The notes: generated by a model not told the origin, from the sequence alone. A stretch of 64,000 nt of DNA from Nitrospirota bacterium (GCA_963701855.1 CAVPBK010000005.1:1-64000); one strand, 5' to 3'. Counted from the first letter of the stretch, positions 12,050-23,829 are shown. Numbers and translations: made by a program.

Positions 12050-12422
12050 TCACTTCATAACGCAACGGTGTAACAAGGAGCTTCCTCAGGATCTGCCTTG
12101 CCTGGGTTGTGTGGCGTTGGAGGAGGCTCTTCGCGTCGGCTACACGGGCATGAAGATCCCGTTTTAGCCGTACCGTGTCTAGTTCAATGACTCGGGCTGG
12201 TTTGGTCAGTGAATCCAGCTCAGTGATCAGTCATTTTTTCGGCATTCCTCTGACTTGAGTCTCGCCAGAAGGAGTTTCATATTTTCTCCACGAGCAATAG
12301 CATCAACGAGATGTTTCTCGCATGCTTCAATGAACGATATCTCCCTCTTTATAGCTGGCTGGCGGCTCAGCCATTGATCCTGACCCGAGCGTAGCTTCTC
12401 TAGAGCCTTCTCTACTGCTTCC

Positions 12423-12638
12423 TTCGCAGAGTTTGGGCGCAGCATGATCGTGGAGCACGTCAATGCTGGCCTGGAGCGCGTCAGGGCAGAGGGCAAGGTC
12501 TTGGGTCGGCCTCGCGTGAGTGCTGCAGTGGAGGCTAAGGTGATCGCGCTACGGGCCAAAGACGAGGGCATGCGGAAGATCGCACGGCCACTCGGCATTG
12601 GGAACTGCATCGTTCGGCGCATCGTGAATGCCGTGTGA
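12423..12638 (+). pseudogene. Small serine resolvase/invertase C-terminal fragment with HTH
   Basis: FAEFGRSMIVEHVNAGLERVRAEGKVLGRP...MRKIARPLGIG. Confidence 0.8.
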
Positions 12639-12906
12639 GGGCGCAATACCTTGGCCTGATTGCTGTGGTGGCTAATGCGCCGGTCTCCATCCCATGGCTG
12701 AAATCGAGAGGGGCAGAAGGGGAAATGACTGGTCAATCGCTGATCGTATACCCACTCAGCTTTTTCAGTATTTTTTATTTGGCTGCTCCGAAGAGACAGA
12801 CTGGCTGGTACCGATCTCCATGCAAAGAGCAAAGTGAGCAGCGCAAGATTGATAACCGTTCCGGACAGGCCGACCACGTGGAATTGAACCAAGTGAGTTC
12901 ACGTGG

Positions 12907-13644
12907 CTACTTGTAAGTATAGAGGTATCGAAGATGCTGCAGGTACTTGAACTGCTCCTTGAAGGAGAGCTTGCTCTTGCCGAAGAGCCTATTACTGAAA
13001 TGGATAGGAACCTCCGCCACTCGTCTGCAACGGCACTTGATGAGGAGTTCTAGCCCAATCTTGTATCCCATGGGGTTAAAGTCTCGCCCTGAGGCAAATG
13101 TCACGCGGCGTATAGCAATGAATCCACTCATAGGATCCTTCAAACTGCTTAGTGGCCTCGCAAGCAATGTCGCTACAAGGCTATTGATCCAGCGAAAGAG
13201 TCCCCAGCCATCGTCCGTCGAACCACCCTCGACGAAACGCGAGCCCACCACCATATCAGCACCACGGTCTAAAGCCTGAATCATATCAGGAATCTTTTCC
13301 GGCGGGTGGCTCAAGTCGGCGTCCATGATGATTAGAACATCGGCCTTTGATCGCCATAGACCATCCAAGACGGCCTGGCTCAGGCCCCGATCGGTCTTGC
13401 GCACAAAGAGCTGGACCCAGTCGAATTGAAGAGACTCGACAAGTTCCACGGTACCGTCGCAGCTATCATCATCCATCAGAAACAGCTCAAGGTCCAATCC
13501 GCTTGAGGAGCGTACGGCACCTAGACGCTTGGCTAGGTGGGGAATGTTCTCCATTTCACGAAAGGTTGGAACAACCACGGTCACTGTTGGACGCCGAGAT
13601 GCTTCGCTATTGGCTGAAGCGGATGTCAAAACTGGCTCAGTCAT
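12907..13644 (-). CDS. GT2 polyprenol-phosphate glycosyltransferase (DPM1/GtrB-like); C-terminal GtrA-like domain cut off by a TAG
   Basis: VVPTFRE, MDDDSCDGT, MDADLSHPP, VVGSRF and DPMSGF motifs. A GtrA-like QFHVVGLSGTVINL continues in frame after the stop. Confidence 0.85.
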   Translation of the reverse strand: MTEPVLTSASANSEASRRPTVTVVVPTFREMENIPHLAKRLGAVRSSSGLDLELFLMDDDSCDGTVELVESLQFDWVQLFVRKTDRGLSQAVLDGLWRSKADVLIIMDADLSHPPEKIPDMIQALDRGADMVVGSRFVEGGSTDDGWGLFRWINSLVATLLARPLSSLKDPMSGFIAIRRVTFASGRDFNPMGYKIGLELLIKCRCRRVAEVPIHFSNRLFGKSKLSFKEQFKYLQHLRYLYTYK

Positions 13645-13900
13645 GTTGACTTTTTTCTCAATATTGATTGCGGATTAATTCGACAAAAATAGCAGTGAGA
13701 TGCTGTTGGTGATCTGATAAAACTCCAGACGTTGCGGTGGGCCAGCAGATGTTGATCACTGGGTAGATCAAATTCCCAATTATACAATCAGATACGGCTC
13801 CCCGAGGGCTATATCATTTCTTCTCCCATGACTCTCCCTCGACCAAACTAGTATATTGTTTCGACGAAAACCAAAGCAAGGAGATGTCAGCACGACGACC

Positions 13901-15862
13901 ATGGCAACTTTCGTTCTTCTCCCCATCCGTGCCCTACTCTTTACATTTTACCTGACCCCGAGAGAAGGCTCCTGCTGGCGGCTTCGCGCTATGAATACCG
14001 CCGTGGTCTGGGGGGTGATTGTGGCCCTCAGTACCGAGGGTCTTAGCGCTTTCGGCATCCTGACGAGAGGTTGGGTATCTGCAGTCTGGGTTGCCATCGT
14101 GCTAGTAATTCTCGGTCTCTTAGGTTGGCGCACCTTGAAGGAAGGCCATGATCAACGCCCGGTCGCTAAGAGCGACGATCCGATTCCGAGGACCTACCGA
14201 CTAGCAATCTGGGCCGTGGGACTAGTGGTTGCACTGACCGGCTTTGTGGCGTTTATTGCCCCGCCGAACACTTGGGACTCGATGGCCTATCATATGGCAC
14301 GTGTTGCGCATTGGATCCAGAACGGCACAGTCAGACACTACCCGACTATCTACTTGCCCCAACTCTACCATCCACCCTGGGCTGAGTTTGCCATCACACA
14401 CCTCCAGATCTTGAGCGACAGTGACCGGTTTGCCAACAGCATCCAATGGCTCAGTATGGTCGGAAGCGTGTTTGGGGTCTCACTGATCGCCAAGTTGCTC
14501 GGAGCTGACTGCAGGGCACAGGTTTTCGCGTCTGTTCTGGCGGCTACGATCCCCATGGGAATTCTACAGGCGTCGAGCACACAGAACGATTTCGTGGTCG
14601 CGTTCTGGCTCGTGTGCTTTGTGGCGTACACCTTGCGGATTGTAACCAACAGATCAGAGCAGGAATCACAGGGTGTTGTCGCATGGGAGCCAGTGTTAGG
14701 GGCCGGAGCCAGCCTCGGGCTGGCGCTCTTGACCAAGGGAACCGCCTACATCTATTCGGCGCCATTCGTCGTTTGGCTCACGTTGATTATGGTGAAAAGA
14801 TGTCCTTGGGGAGCCCTGCGAGTTGGGCTCGTCATGGGAAGTCTCGTACTCCTGCTTAACGGTGGTCACTTTCTGCGCAACACGCAACTTTTCGGCGCAC
14901 CGCTGGCAAGCGGCGAAGAGAGCTACATGAACGAAATGTATACTCCTGCGGTCTTCGTCTCGAACGTCATGAGAAACGTCTCTCTTCATATGGGCACACC
15001 GTTCCAAATGATTAATATTGCAGAGGAAGAGGCGGTTCTTTGGCTGCATGATGCGCTGGGAGTTGCAGCCAACGATCCAAGAAGCAGCGGTTGGATGGGA
15101 ACCACGGAGTTTACGATTCGTGAGATGAACACCTTTGAGGATTCTGCAGGAAATCTATTCCACGCTGCGACAATAATCGTTTCGATTGCCGCATTTATGT
15201 TCCATAAATCGTTGCGGGCGAAACAGCATGTCGTCGGTTATCTGGTGTCCGTGTGCGTAACATTTATGCTGTTCAATGTGCTTCTCAAGTGGCAACCATG
15301 GCACAGCCGCCTGCACCTACCGCTATTCGTGCTGTTTGCCCCATTTGTTGCAATTGCCATCTCACAGTGGCGTACGCGCCTAGTCACCTACATCATGGCT
15401 TTTCTCCTCGTTGGTTCATTGCCGTGGGTGTTAGCCAACCAGACCAGGTTATTAGTTCCCGTGTTCAAACAGCGTAAAAGCATCCTCATAGAGAGCAGAC
15501 TTGACCAATACTTCGAGGGAAACGCCATATCTATGAAGGAACCCTATCTAGGGGCGGCTGCATTCGTGCAAGAACGGAACCTACAGGACATTGGCCTAAT
15601 GCTTCCCTATGACCCATTTGAGTACCAACTCTGGGTCATTCTGAAACAGGGCCGCACTGACGTGCGCCTGGAGCATATCGAGGTTAAAAATGTGTCCTCA
15701 GCAACGACCACGTTAGATTCATCAAGAAAGTTCTTGCCAGAAGCAATCATCCACGTTCAACGCAGGAATGAGCAACCACGAGCTGAACTCCGTACGGGAG
15801 AGCGCGTGTACACACGTGCTTGGTCCATGGACCGGGTGGAAGTATACGTCTTGGAGCCGTAA
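13901..15862 (+). CDS. Polytopic GT-C-fold glycosyltransferase (ArnT/PMT, GT39-like)
   Basis: Many TM helices with PPNTWDSMAYH, YHPPWAE, STQND and LALLTKGT motifs. Confidence 0.75.
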   Translation: MATFVLLPIRALLFTFYLTPREGSCWRLRAMNTAVVWGVIVALSTEGLSAFGILTRGWVSAVWVAIVLVILGLLGWRTLKEGHDQRPVAKSDDPIPRTYRLAIWAVGLVVALTGFVAFIAPPNTWDSMAYHMARVAHWIQNGTVRHYPTIYLPQLYHPPWAEFAITHLQILSDSDRFANSIQWLSMVGSVFGVSLIAKLLGADCRAQVFASVLAATIPMGILQASSTQNDFVVAFWLVCFVAYTLRIVTNRSEQESQGVVAWEPVLGAGASLGLALLTKGTAYIYSAPFVVWLTLIMVKRCPWGALRVGLVMGSLVLLLNGGHFLRNTQLFGAPLASGEESYMNEMYTPAVFVSNVMRNVSLHMGTPFQMINIAEEEAVLWLHDALGVAANDPRSSGWMGTTEFTIREMNTFEDSAGNLFHAATIIVSIAAFMFHKSLRAKQHVVGYLVSVCVTFMLFNVLLKWQPWHSRLHLPLFVLFAPFVAIAISQWRTRLVTYIMAFLLVGSLPWVLANQTRLLVPVFKQRKSILIESRLDQYFEGNAISMKEPYLGAAAFVQERNLQDIGLMLPYDPFEYQLWVILKQGRTDVRLEHIEVKNVSSATTTLDSSRKFLPEAIIHVQRRNEQPRAELRTGERVYTRAWSMDRVEVYVLEP

Positions 15863-16054
15863 ACTAGACTATCGGCAGCATGAAAAGCCTGCAATGTGCC
15901 CCGCCCTGCGAACCCACACCAGTTGGGACTTGAGGATTGGGCCTACTACGTGGTCGATTTGGGCTGCCTATGCGGCGGTGCAAACCTAGCAGGTTGCAGA
16001 AAAACCATTGTGCCACGGTGGAAATTTGATGACCTGCACGTCTGGGACACAAGG

Positions 16055-17288
16055 TGACGTCTCCCCGGAAAACGACGGCAGGTCAGAACTAGAGTACACT
16101 GACGGCTTCGGCGGTCCTCGACGAAAGGAGCGGATCGATGAAGCGGTCGAAGATTCTCGGAAGAGCAGATCGTCTATGCCATCCGCCAGGCCGAAAGCGG
16201 CACCCCGGTCGGCGACCTCTGCCGGCAGCTCGGGGTGAGTGACGCGACCTTCTACGCCTGGAAGAAGAAGTACGCGCACCTCGGCGTGAGCGAGCTGCGG
16301 CGGCTCCGGCAGGTGGAAGAAGAAAATAGCCGGCTCAAACGGCTCGTCGCGGACCTCTCGCTCGACAAGCACATGCTGTCGGAGGCCTTGCGAAAAAAAG
16401 TCTGAGGCCCGCACGCCGTCGAGAACTGGCCGCCTGGTTTCACGGGACGTTTCAGGTCAGTTGCCTGCGGGCCTGTCGGTTGGCGCAATTCGGTCGCGCC
16501 GCCTGGTATCGACGAAGCCGCGCGAAGGATCAATCCGCGTTGCGGATGCGCATTCGCGATCTGGCCCATGCCCGGCCTGCGGTTTGGGTCTCTGCGGATC
16601 TGGGTGCTGCTGCGGCGTGAAGGCTGGCTCGTGAATCGCAAGCGGGTGCGACGGCTCTATCGACTGGAGGGATTGCAGCTCCGCATGCGGGTGCGGCGAC
16701 GCAAGCATATCGCCCTGCATCGTGGCCCAGCCCCGATCCCGACCGGTCCTACGGAGCGCTGGAGCATGGATTTTGTGCATGATACCCTGGCGGATGGGCG
16801 GCCGTTTCGGATCTTGACGGTCGTGGATAACTGGAGTCGGCACAGTCCCATGCTAGAGGTCGGTTTTCGGATGTCGGGTGAGACGGTGGGCCAGGCCTTA
16901 GATCGGGTACTGACCGGCGTTGCAGGCCCCCGGTCCATCACGGTGGATCACGGGACGGAATTTCAATCGCGAGCGCTCGAAGATTGGGCCTATCGTCGGG
17001 GCGTGCAACTCGACTTCATTCGACCGGGTAAACCCGTGGAAAATGCCTTCATTGAATCGTTTAACGGACGCTTGCGGGACGAGTGTTTGAACGTGCACCA
17101 ATTCGCCTCACTCGCCGAGGCGCAGACCATCATCGAAGCGTGGCGGCTCGACTATAATCAGCGCCGCCCGCATAGCTCGCTCGGGCACCTGACCCCGAAC
17201 GAGTTTGTCGCACAACGTCAGGTGATCTGGACCGCCGAAGAAGCCGTCTGTTCTAGTTAAGAGCTGTCTCAGAACGGGACCAACGTCA
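16055..17288 (+). mobile_element. IS3-family element (IS407-like) with orfA ~16138-16405 and orfB to 17260; extra indels
   Basis: Ends TGACGT...ACGTCA and an A7G slippery site at the end of orfA. orfB has [16 protein letters not shown] and [23 protein letters not shown]. Confidence 0.9.
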
Positions 17289-17311
17289 GAAGCCAGAAGT
17301 TCTCCTATAGA

Positions 17312-17338
17312 AGTGTCTCCTTGACGGGGAAGCTTACA
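17312..17338. mobile_element. Orphan IS3-type terminal inverted repeat
   Basis: The reverse complement reads TGTAAGCTTCCCCGTCAAGGAGACAC. Confidence 0.45.
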
Positions 17339-17454
17339 GGAGGCGCATTCTAAAAGGGCTGCGAAGTAAGGTACAAGTACAAGAGGTAGGGAAACGCTGG
17401 TATTCCTGAGGCGCTACACTACGTCATTTTTTCACTGCGCGTTCGTTGTGGCCT

Positions 17455-18114
17455 TCACCGAAATGATTGGTTGAGATGCGCAATCGCGACCGACAGCGCA
17501 TGATCGAGAGAGGAGCGCAGCGCGGGTTGTAATTCGTAGTCGCTCGCATAGTCGCTCCACTCGCCGGACGGGGGAGTTGGTATGGCGGTGACGATGTCGT
17601 GGTACAAGACCTCGCCGCTCTCCACCGATATTATCTTGCTCGATACAACGAGAGGCGGCATCTTCCCATAGAAGCGAGCCAGCAGCCGGTCCCTCCAACT
17701 CGGCACGTCGATCCGAAAGAAGAGCATGCTATCCGCGCCGAGCAGCTTCCCGACTCGCATAGCACCGTCGTCCGCCACGCGCCCGGAGACCTGCAATCGC
17801 TGCTCATCCGTCAACGGCTCGATGTTGCGCCGATCGACGATCTTGATCCACGACCGCTGCATCTTGAGCTGGAAGGCCGCTTGCTCAAGCCGGCTGTACC
17901 CGTACGCCACGTCCTGTTCCGACGTGCGGGGATACCACACGGCTAAGCGCCGGACCTGCTGCGGGACTGGAAAACCACTCATCGACGAATCTACTGGGGC
18001 TTGATCGACGACGACGTGTGGCGTAGGCCGACACGCCGTTTGCGTCCAAAGACTAAACATCACGGCAGTGGCTGCGAGGAACGCCAACCGCTTCCTGCGA
18101 GGTCTGGTAGTCAT
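17455..18114 (-). CDS. CsgG/HfaB-like putative lipoprotein
   Basis: Signal ending TAC. IVDRRNIEPLTDEQRLQVSG...AMRVGKLLGAD...KIISVESGEVL. Confidence 0.6.
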   Translation of the reverse strand: MTTRPRRKRLAFLAATAVMFSLWTQTACRPTPHVVVDQAPVDSSMSGFPVPQQVRRLAVWYPRTSEQDVAYGYSRLEQAAFQLKMQRSWIKIVDRRNIEPLTDEQRLQVSGRVADDGAMRVGKLLGADSMLFFRIDVPSWRDRLLARFYGKMPPLVVSSKIISVESGEVLYHDIVTAIPTPPSGEWSDYASDYELQPALRSSLDHALSVAIAHLNQSFR

Positions 18115-18414
18115 AGTATCATGGTACACCTGCAGACAGGGGATAACCACAACCCTGCGGATAGGGGGGGAAGCGGCACATAGTGCGTGGCAGTCACCGT
18201 GATCCATGACATGGAATATGGGTAGTAAAAGCAGCCAACACTGCGGGAGCAACCACCCAAGAGCGACCGCTATATATTCTGGTGCGGTCGGTACGCGCAA
18301 GCGAGGTTTGGTGGATGGCAGGGGTTCCAACCGTCATTTCCCGACGCGCTTCGCTTTGACATGCAAGGAGTTGCGTTGATGGCGGCCTGACCGCCGATAC
18401 CCAGCTGCTTCCAC

Positions 18415-18860
18415 TTACTTCTTCCGCCACCCCCACGGCGGCACCGGTTGCGGATCAGCCCACAAGCCCTTCTTGGTCTCTCGTGCTTCCTTCTCCAGTC
18501 CTCCGAGTACCGTATCGCCCTGCGCATACTTCCAGTAGCACCAACACCAACCCTGCGTGACCAGTTCCTGATTGTCGTTTGTTCCATCCGACAGGAATAC
18601 CTATCCAAAGGTGCGCTTGTACTTGTCGTAGCCGTGAGTCTAGAGCGTGACGTCTCTCCCGAAGGCGAGGTCAGAGGCAGCCTGCTTGGCCTTCTGCCCG
18701 ATCGCTTGGCCTTTCTCAGGGTTGTCGATGCCGCTCAAGCGGATGCATTCAGTATGGTGGCCGTTCAGGACTTCGATTGTGTCGCCGTCGAGGACGGAGA
18801 CGACAGAGCCGGAGAAGTCCACCGCGAGTAGGACTGAGAAGGAGGAAATGAAGAAGCCTG
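18415..18860 (-). pseudogene. Near-full-length thermonuclease (SNase) pseudogene, copy 3
   Basis: VVSVLDGDTIEV...IRLSGIDNPEKGQ...DKYKRT...GWCWCYWKYAQGDTVLGGLEKEARETKKGLWADPQPVPPWGWRKK*, with two in-frame stops. Confidence 0.88.
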
Positions 18861-19209
18861 TAATGGGGCAATAATATACGAGACTCAGGAGAATAATGTC
18901 CTGTGGATAAGCCGGTTTTGCGTTTGTCAACCGATTCTCCTGAGGATAAATCGGGGACAAGAAAATATAGTGGGCCTAGGGGGGCAACTACTTCTTGTGG
19001 CGATTCTTCTTGGTGGCCTTCGACGGAAGCGAGGACTTGGGAACGGAGAGTACCGTATTCATGGCCGCCTTCAACCGCTCAAATGGGGTTTGTGGGGTCG
19101 GCATGCGCGGACTATAATACTTTCTTGCTGGTGGGCCTGCAATGACTCCTACTCAGCAGATTGCACGGGTGGCTCATCCTAGCACTTCACGAAAGCGTCT
19201 CCTCGCGAT

Positions 19210-20186
19210 TGGACTTCCCAGCCATTTGCGGACACCGTGAAGCCCGTTTCGCCACGGCTTCAAACGCCTCCGGACGTACACCGCGCAGATGGCGGTGTCG
19301 ACGGGTGCGAGTGTCGAACCTCTCGATGTCATCGGCGATCTCGGCATTGGCAATCGCACGCGTCTTGTAGATTCGCTTTTTGATCCGCTCCTTCTTCACG
19401 CTGCTAAAAAACGATTCGGCCACTGCGTTCTCCCAGCCGTGTCCAGGCCGGCTCATACGGGGCTCACGATGAGGCTCATGGCAGAAGCGCCGCCACGCAT
19501 CGCTACCAAATTGCGATCCTTGATCGGAACGAATCAGTGTTTCTTAGGCTTACGTTGCCGCACGGCCATGAGGATCGCGTCCCGCACGAGGTCTCAAGCC
19601 CTCGTGAGGGTTGTTGACCAGCCGACAATTCGGCGTGAGTATCGGTCACTCACGACGGCAAGAGAGCGCCCGCCTTCCCACGTGCGCCCGTACGTGATGT
19701 CGGTGACCCAGACTTGGTTCGGCCGTTGGACGGGAACACCTCGGTGCAGCGTATCGGGGGTACGGAGTGACGTATGGCCTCTGGCGTCCCGGGGGGCGCG
19801 GTAGCTGTGTCGGGCGTTCAGGGTATTGGCCCTCATCATCCGAGCGACACGAGGCGTGCAACAGGTCTCGCCCGCGTCTCGCAAATCGAGAACGATACGC
19901 AGGGCACCGGAGACGCCGGGGCTCGCCGTATAGGCCGCGCGGATCAAGCCGCGCACCCGCTGATCCTCCAACGCTCGATCGGAGAGAGGGGTACGCAACC
20001 CTTCATCGAACCCGCTGCGCGACACGTCTAGGAGACGGCACAGTACTGCCGTCTCCAACTCACGACGCTGTGCCTTGATGAACGCGTACGTCACTCGGAT
20101 ACCCTGCGATCTGCGCCGATTGCTCCTAGGTCCTCCCTTGTTCGAACGACCACCCCAAAGGTGTCCGTTAAAATCTGGAAAGTCCA
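19210..20186 (-). mobile_element. Internally deleted, degenerate IS3-family element
   Basis: IRs TGGACTTCCCAGCCATTTGCGGACACC and TGGACTTTCCAGATTTTAACGGACACC. Motifs VWVTDITY and ENAVAESFFSSVKKE. orfA is mostly missing. Confidence 0.85.
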
Positions 20187-20233
20187 GTGTGTGGAACTGG
20201 GGAATCCCCTAGTGCTACTCGAATAACGTACTA

Positions 20234-21048
20234 GGGCCTGTTAACACTAACGCAAGCCATCGACGATCAACGCGAAATTGATAAACGCAACGAACAGGAC
20301 ATCGAGTTTTTCAAACCGCGTGAAGATGCGCCGAAATCCCTTGAGCCGGCGGAACAGTCGTTCTATCTCATTGCGTCGCTTATACATGGCTCGATCGTAC
20401 TCCCATGGCATGAGTCGATTTTGCTTGGGTGGCACCACGGGGACATACCCTAAATCCAAGGCCAGTTGCCGCGTCTCGTCGCCTTCATACGCGCGATCCA
20501 TCAATAGGTGGATCGCGCGCGGCATGCTCCCTAACCGTTGCAGCAGCTTTCGCCCCTCGGGTGCATCGTGGGCCTGGCCCGGGGACAGGGCAAACGTTAG
20601 CGCCGTTCGAGCATCCGCGGCAACCATATGAATCTTGGTCGTCCATCCGCCGCGGGACTGGCCAATGGCTTGCGGGCCGTTTTTTTTAACGCCCCCGTGC
20701 CATCCGGATGGACCTTGACGATGGTACGGTCCAAGGCGACGGCTTCGATCTTCACGCGGATGATCTGCGTGTGTTGCAACTGTGCAAATACGCGATCCAG
20801 CACCCCGCTCTTGGACCAACGATTCATGCGAGTATAGATGGTGTGCCAGTTGCCGAACCGCTTGGGTAGCCCGCGCCATTTGCAACCCTGCTCGGCGACA
20901 TACAAGATCGCGTTGAGAACGTGCAGATTGTCGAGGGTTACGTTGCCGCGTTGCGTCGGCAAACACGGCTCGATTTGGCGATACTGTGCGTCGGTGATTT
21001 CCATGTGCGCAGTATCTCATATAAATGGCCTTTAGTGTTAACACGCCC
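20234..21048 (-). mobile_element. IS5-family (IS427-like) element, apparently intact, two-ORF transposase
   Basis: TIRs GGGC(C/G)TGTTAACACTA, flanked by TA. orfA 20597-21004 and orfB to 20247 are joined at an A8 slippery run. Motifs GWTTKIH, DRAYE and RNEIERLFRRLKGFRRIFTRFEK. Confidence 0.92.
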
Positions 21049-21195
21049 TAGCAACTAAACGCTTAGACAGAAGGTTGAGGAGGGACCTGCTGGAGAGCCG
21101 TATACTTTCATTGCCTCATTCCATAGGAATTGGCAGGTCTTTCAATGGGAGGCTGTGGCGCGATCGTGTCATAATGAGCGATTCCCAGCTACTAG

Positions 21196-21318
21196 TGGTG
21201 GTATCGAAAGTGTGCGCCGAGGGATACGGTGCTGGAAGAGTTAGAGAGGGAAGCACGACAGGGGCGGAAAAGCTTGTGGGCTGCTCCACAGCCGGTGCTG
21301 CTGTGGGAGTGGCAGCAT
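21196..21318 (+). pseudogene. Thermonuclease (SNase) C-terminal remnant, copy 4
   Basis: WWYRKCAPRDTVLEELEREARQGRKSLWAAPQPVLLWEWQH. Confidence 0.75.
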
Positions 21319-21397
21319 GTTGGACCACTGGTTGTAGACGTGGGCGACCTCATGCTTGGCGAGCATGTCACGATAGAGGAGTTCGAGTTAGCCAACA

Positions 21398-22147
21398 TCA
21401 TTGTGGTGCACCGCTCCCGCCGCCCGCCGCTTTCCATGATCCCATCAGTGATCTATGGTGGGCTCCAGACGCGTTGGTCCAGGTGGCGGCAATCGGACTA
21501 ATCGCTCCATGAATCAAATATTGCGCCTGAAAAGTATGTGCTACTCGGGCTATTTCTGTGAATCCTGTTCCAGCTGTGACCCTTTCCATATCGCTTGTCT
21601 GAGTAACACCGAAAATGAAATCGCCACTTGCCGACGTCGTCGCGGCTGTCGAAGTTACGGCATTCGCGCCGGTACCAGGCGTAGCCTGCTCGTTGTAGTC
21701 CTTTGATGGGGCCATCACGTCGAACGGGCTACTCGTCGCAGCTCCTTTGATCTCAAAGACGATCATTTGAGCGTCTCTCGCGTGGCTATCAAAGAAGTTG
21801 CAGGTGACGGTATGGCTGGCGCTCGTGGCGATGTTGACCGCATGGAATGCCAAAATTAATTCTCCCGAACCGTTCGCAGGCGAACCAGAAATGTGGGAGA
21901 AACTGTTGGATTTGTTATCCAAGCAGGTAATTGGTGTGGAATTGTCGCGGATGACGTGTATCGCGACACCGAGCGTACTCCCCGCTGTTGGGGTCGGTGT
22001 AATAGAGTCGGTAGTAATTGATAAGTTTATGGATCCATTGCCATTGCCAGCATCCGTTGCAATGCCACCGAGCGAGGTGGCGGGCCAGCTCTGGACAGGC
22101 AAGAAGAGCGCAAGGATGAGACTAAGTAGATTCGTGAGTCGTGTCAT
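21398..22147 (-). CDS. Secreted beta-rich hypothetical protein
   Basis: RBS GGGAGG, signal peptide MTRLTNLLSLILALFLPVQSWP and an S/T/G/A-rich body. Confidence 0.55.
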   Translation of the reverse strand: MTRLTNLLSLILALFLPVQSWPATSLGGIATDAGNGNGSINLSITTDSITPTPTAGSTLGVAIHVIRDNSTPITCLDNKSNSFSHISGSPANGSGELILAFHAVNIATSASHTVTCNFFDSHARDAQMIVFEIKGAATSSPFDVMAPSKDYNEQATPGTGANAVTSTAATTSASGDFIFGVTQTSDMERVTAGTGFTEIARVAHTFQAQYLIHGAISPIAATWTNASGAHHRSLMGSWKAAGGGSGAPQ

Positions 22148-22200
22148 GAAATTGCCTCCCGTACAACCAACTCCACGCCAGAGATTGCGCAACGAGATTA

Positions 22201-23038
22201 GAACCTATATCAAAATTGTTGACAGCATGAAGTTACGTACGTATAAGTCTCGCTCATGTTTCGCCTGCGCGACGACCAATGGGAACCGGATTCGGGAACA
22301 TTTCCCCGAAGAACACATTCCGGACAGCCGCCCTGGCCGCAAGCCGGTTGCCACCGCGGGCGGTGTTGGAAGCGGTGCTCTGGATTCTGAACACCGGTGC
22401 GCAATGGCATCTGCTGCCCCAATGCTATCCGAATTACAAAACCGTCCATCGCCGGTTTCAACAGTGGTGCCAACGCGAGGTGCTGCGCGAGATCCTCACG
22501 CAGTTGGCCAATACGTTGCGCGACGAAGGGGCGATCGACGAACGTGAGAGTTTCATCGACGCGACGTTTGCTGCGGCCAAGGGCGGCGGCGACGCCGTAG
22601 GCCTCACGAAACGCGGCAAAGGCGTGAAAATCCTCGCGATTGTGGATCGCAGGGGCTGCCGCTCTCGGTGAGCACGCATGCGGCCAATCATCATGAGGTC
22701 ACCTTGGTGCAACTCAGTTTCGACTTCTACATGCTGGAGGCCAAGCCCGAGCATCGTCATTGGCGATCGGGCATATGACAGTGATGGGCTTGATGATGAC
22801 CTCAAGCAGGACGGGGTGAATCATGATTGCCCCGCATCGCTCCACCCGCAAACTCAAGACCCAGGATGGGCGCCACTTGCGCCGCTATCAACGCCGCTGG
22901 CTCGTCGAACGGTTCTTTGCCTGGCTCCAATGGAAGCGGCGCTTGCTGATCCGCTGGGAATATTATGCCTCCAACTTCTTAGGATTTGTGCAACTCGCCT
23001 GCATCACGATGCTCCTCAAGCGATTTTGAGATAGGTTC
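22201..23038 (+). mobile_element. IS5-family element with multiply frameshifted transposase
   Basis: TIRs GAACCTAT(A/C)TCAAAAT, flanked by TA. Motifs LWILNTGAQWHLLP, FIDATF, GDRAYDS and [11 protein letters not shown]. Confidence 0.9.
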
Positions 23039-23355
23039 TAGTGTGCGTTCGGCTGTCCAGCCTTGAAGTCGTACCGTGTTTGTGTTGCGTAGGTCTGGAT
23101 CGTCACTTCTCCTACACTTTACAGACAGCACATCTCAAAGTTTTCGGGCATCTGATTCAGATACCGGCGGAGCTGGTTTGCGGTTGGTGGTCGATGGAAC
23201 GTCGAGTCATTCCCCACGGTTCTGAACAGAGGCTCGTTATTGTATTGATACTGGCAGTATTCGTCCAGGCACTCCTGATAAAACTTGCACTTGGCATATT
23301 TCCGTGTGGAGCCTCACATACGTCCCCCTCCTACAACACCCCCCCGCGAGGCCCC

Positions 23356-23829
23356 TTGCCATTCGCGGTTCGACCCCACCACCGCTTCCCCTTGCAATGC
23401 TCTGTCAACTATAACGCTGGTCCCTTCTACGGACACGGCACAATCTGGAATCTCTCATGCACCGGCTGGCGACTCTCCGACGATCTGCCGATGCGACCAG
23501 GGGAACCCCTCTTGTTGACCGTCGCCCTCCCGTCTGATTACTAATGCTCTCCCTCATTCGCCACACCCACGACCTCACCGATTGGGGGTCACCCCCCCAC
23601 TTCTGAGGAATGGCCCAATACCCCTTTCCCACAGTATCCTGTGCATTATGGGACAAGGGATACAACAGACCTCGTGGTATGAATAAGCAACGCGTCGAGA
23701 TCCATGAAGCCGTTGTTAGCTGGTCGAGCGGTCAAGAGTTTTCCACAGAGAACCTCGCGATCGAACCACACACGCCCATCAACAGCACTTTGTGAAACGT
23801 TTAGCACAAGAGCCGCTGGATTTGATTGA
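23356..23829 (+). pseudogene. PilZ-domain gene split by a ~150-bp insertion
   Basis: RPHHRFPLQCSVNY...GTIWNLSCTGWRL...LTVALP, then an insert at 23533-23681, then NKQRVEIHEAVVSWSSGQEF. Confidence 0.7.

Larger units (their letters stand above)
11418..12425 (-). pseudogene. C-terminal remnant of a probable large serine recombinase/integrase, interrupted by IS200
   Basis: EKALEKLR...EKHLVDAIARGE...LLARLKSEE/LITELDSL...LKRDLHARVADAKSLLQRHTTQARQILRKLLVTPLRYEV[IS200]EENSTQSFRITGEGSY...VVSPTG. Coiled-coil tail that reads into the att core. The catalytic N-terminus is missing. Confidence 0.6.

Noticed and set aside
12227..12892. 221-aa minus-strand ORF as a real gene
   Set aside because: A chance chimera of the GtrA fragment, antisense resolvase sequence and the integrase fragment.
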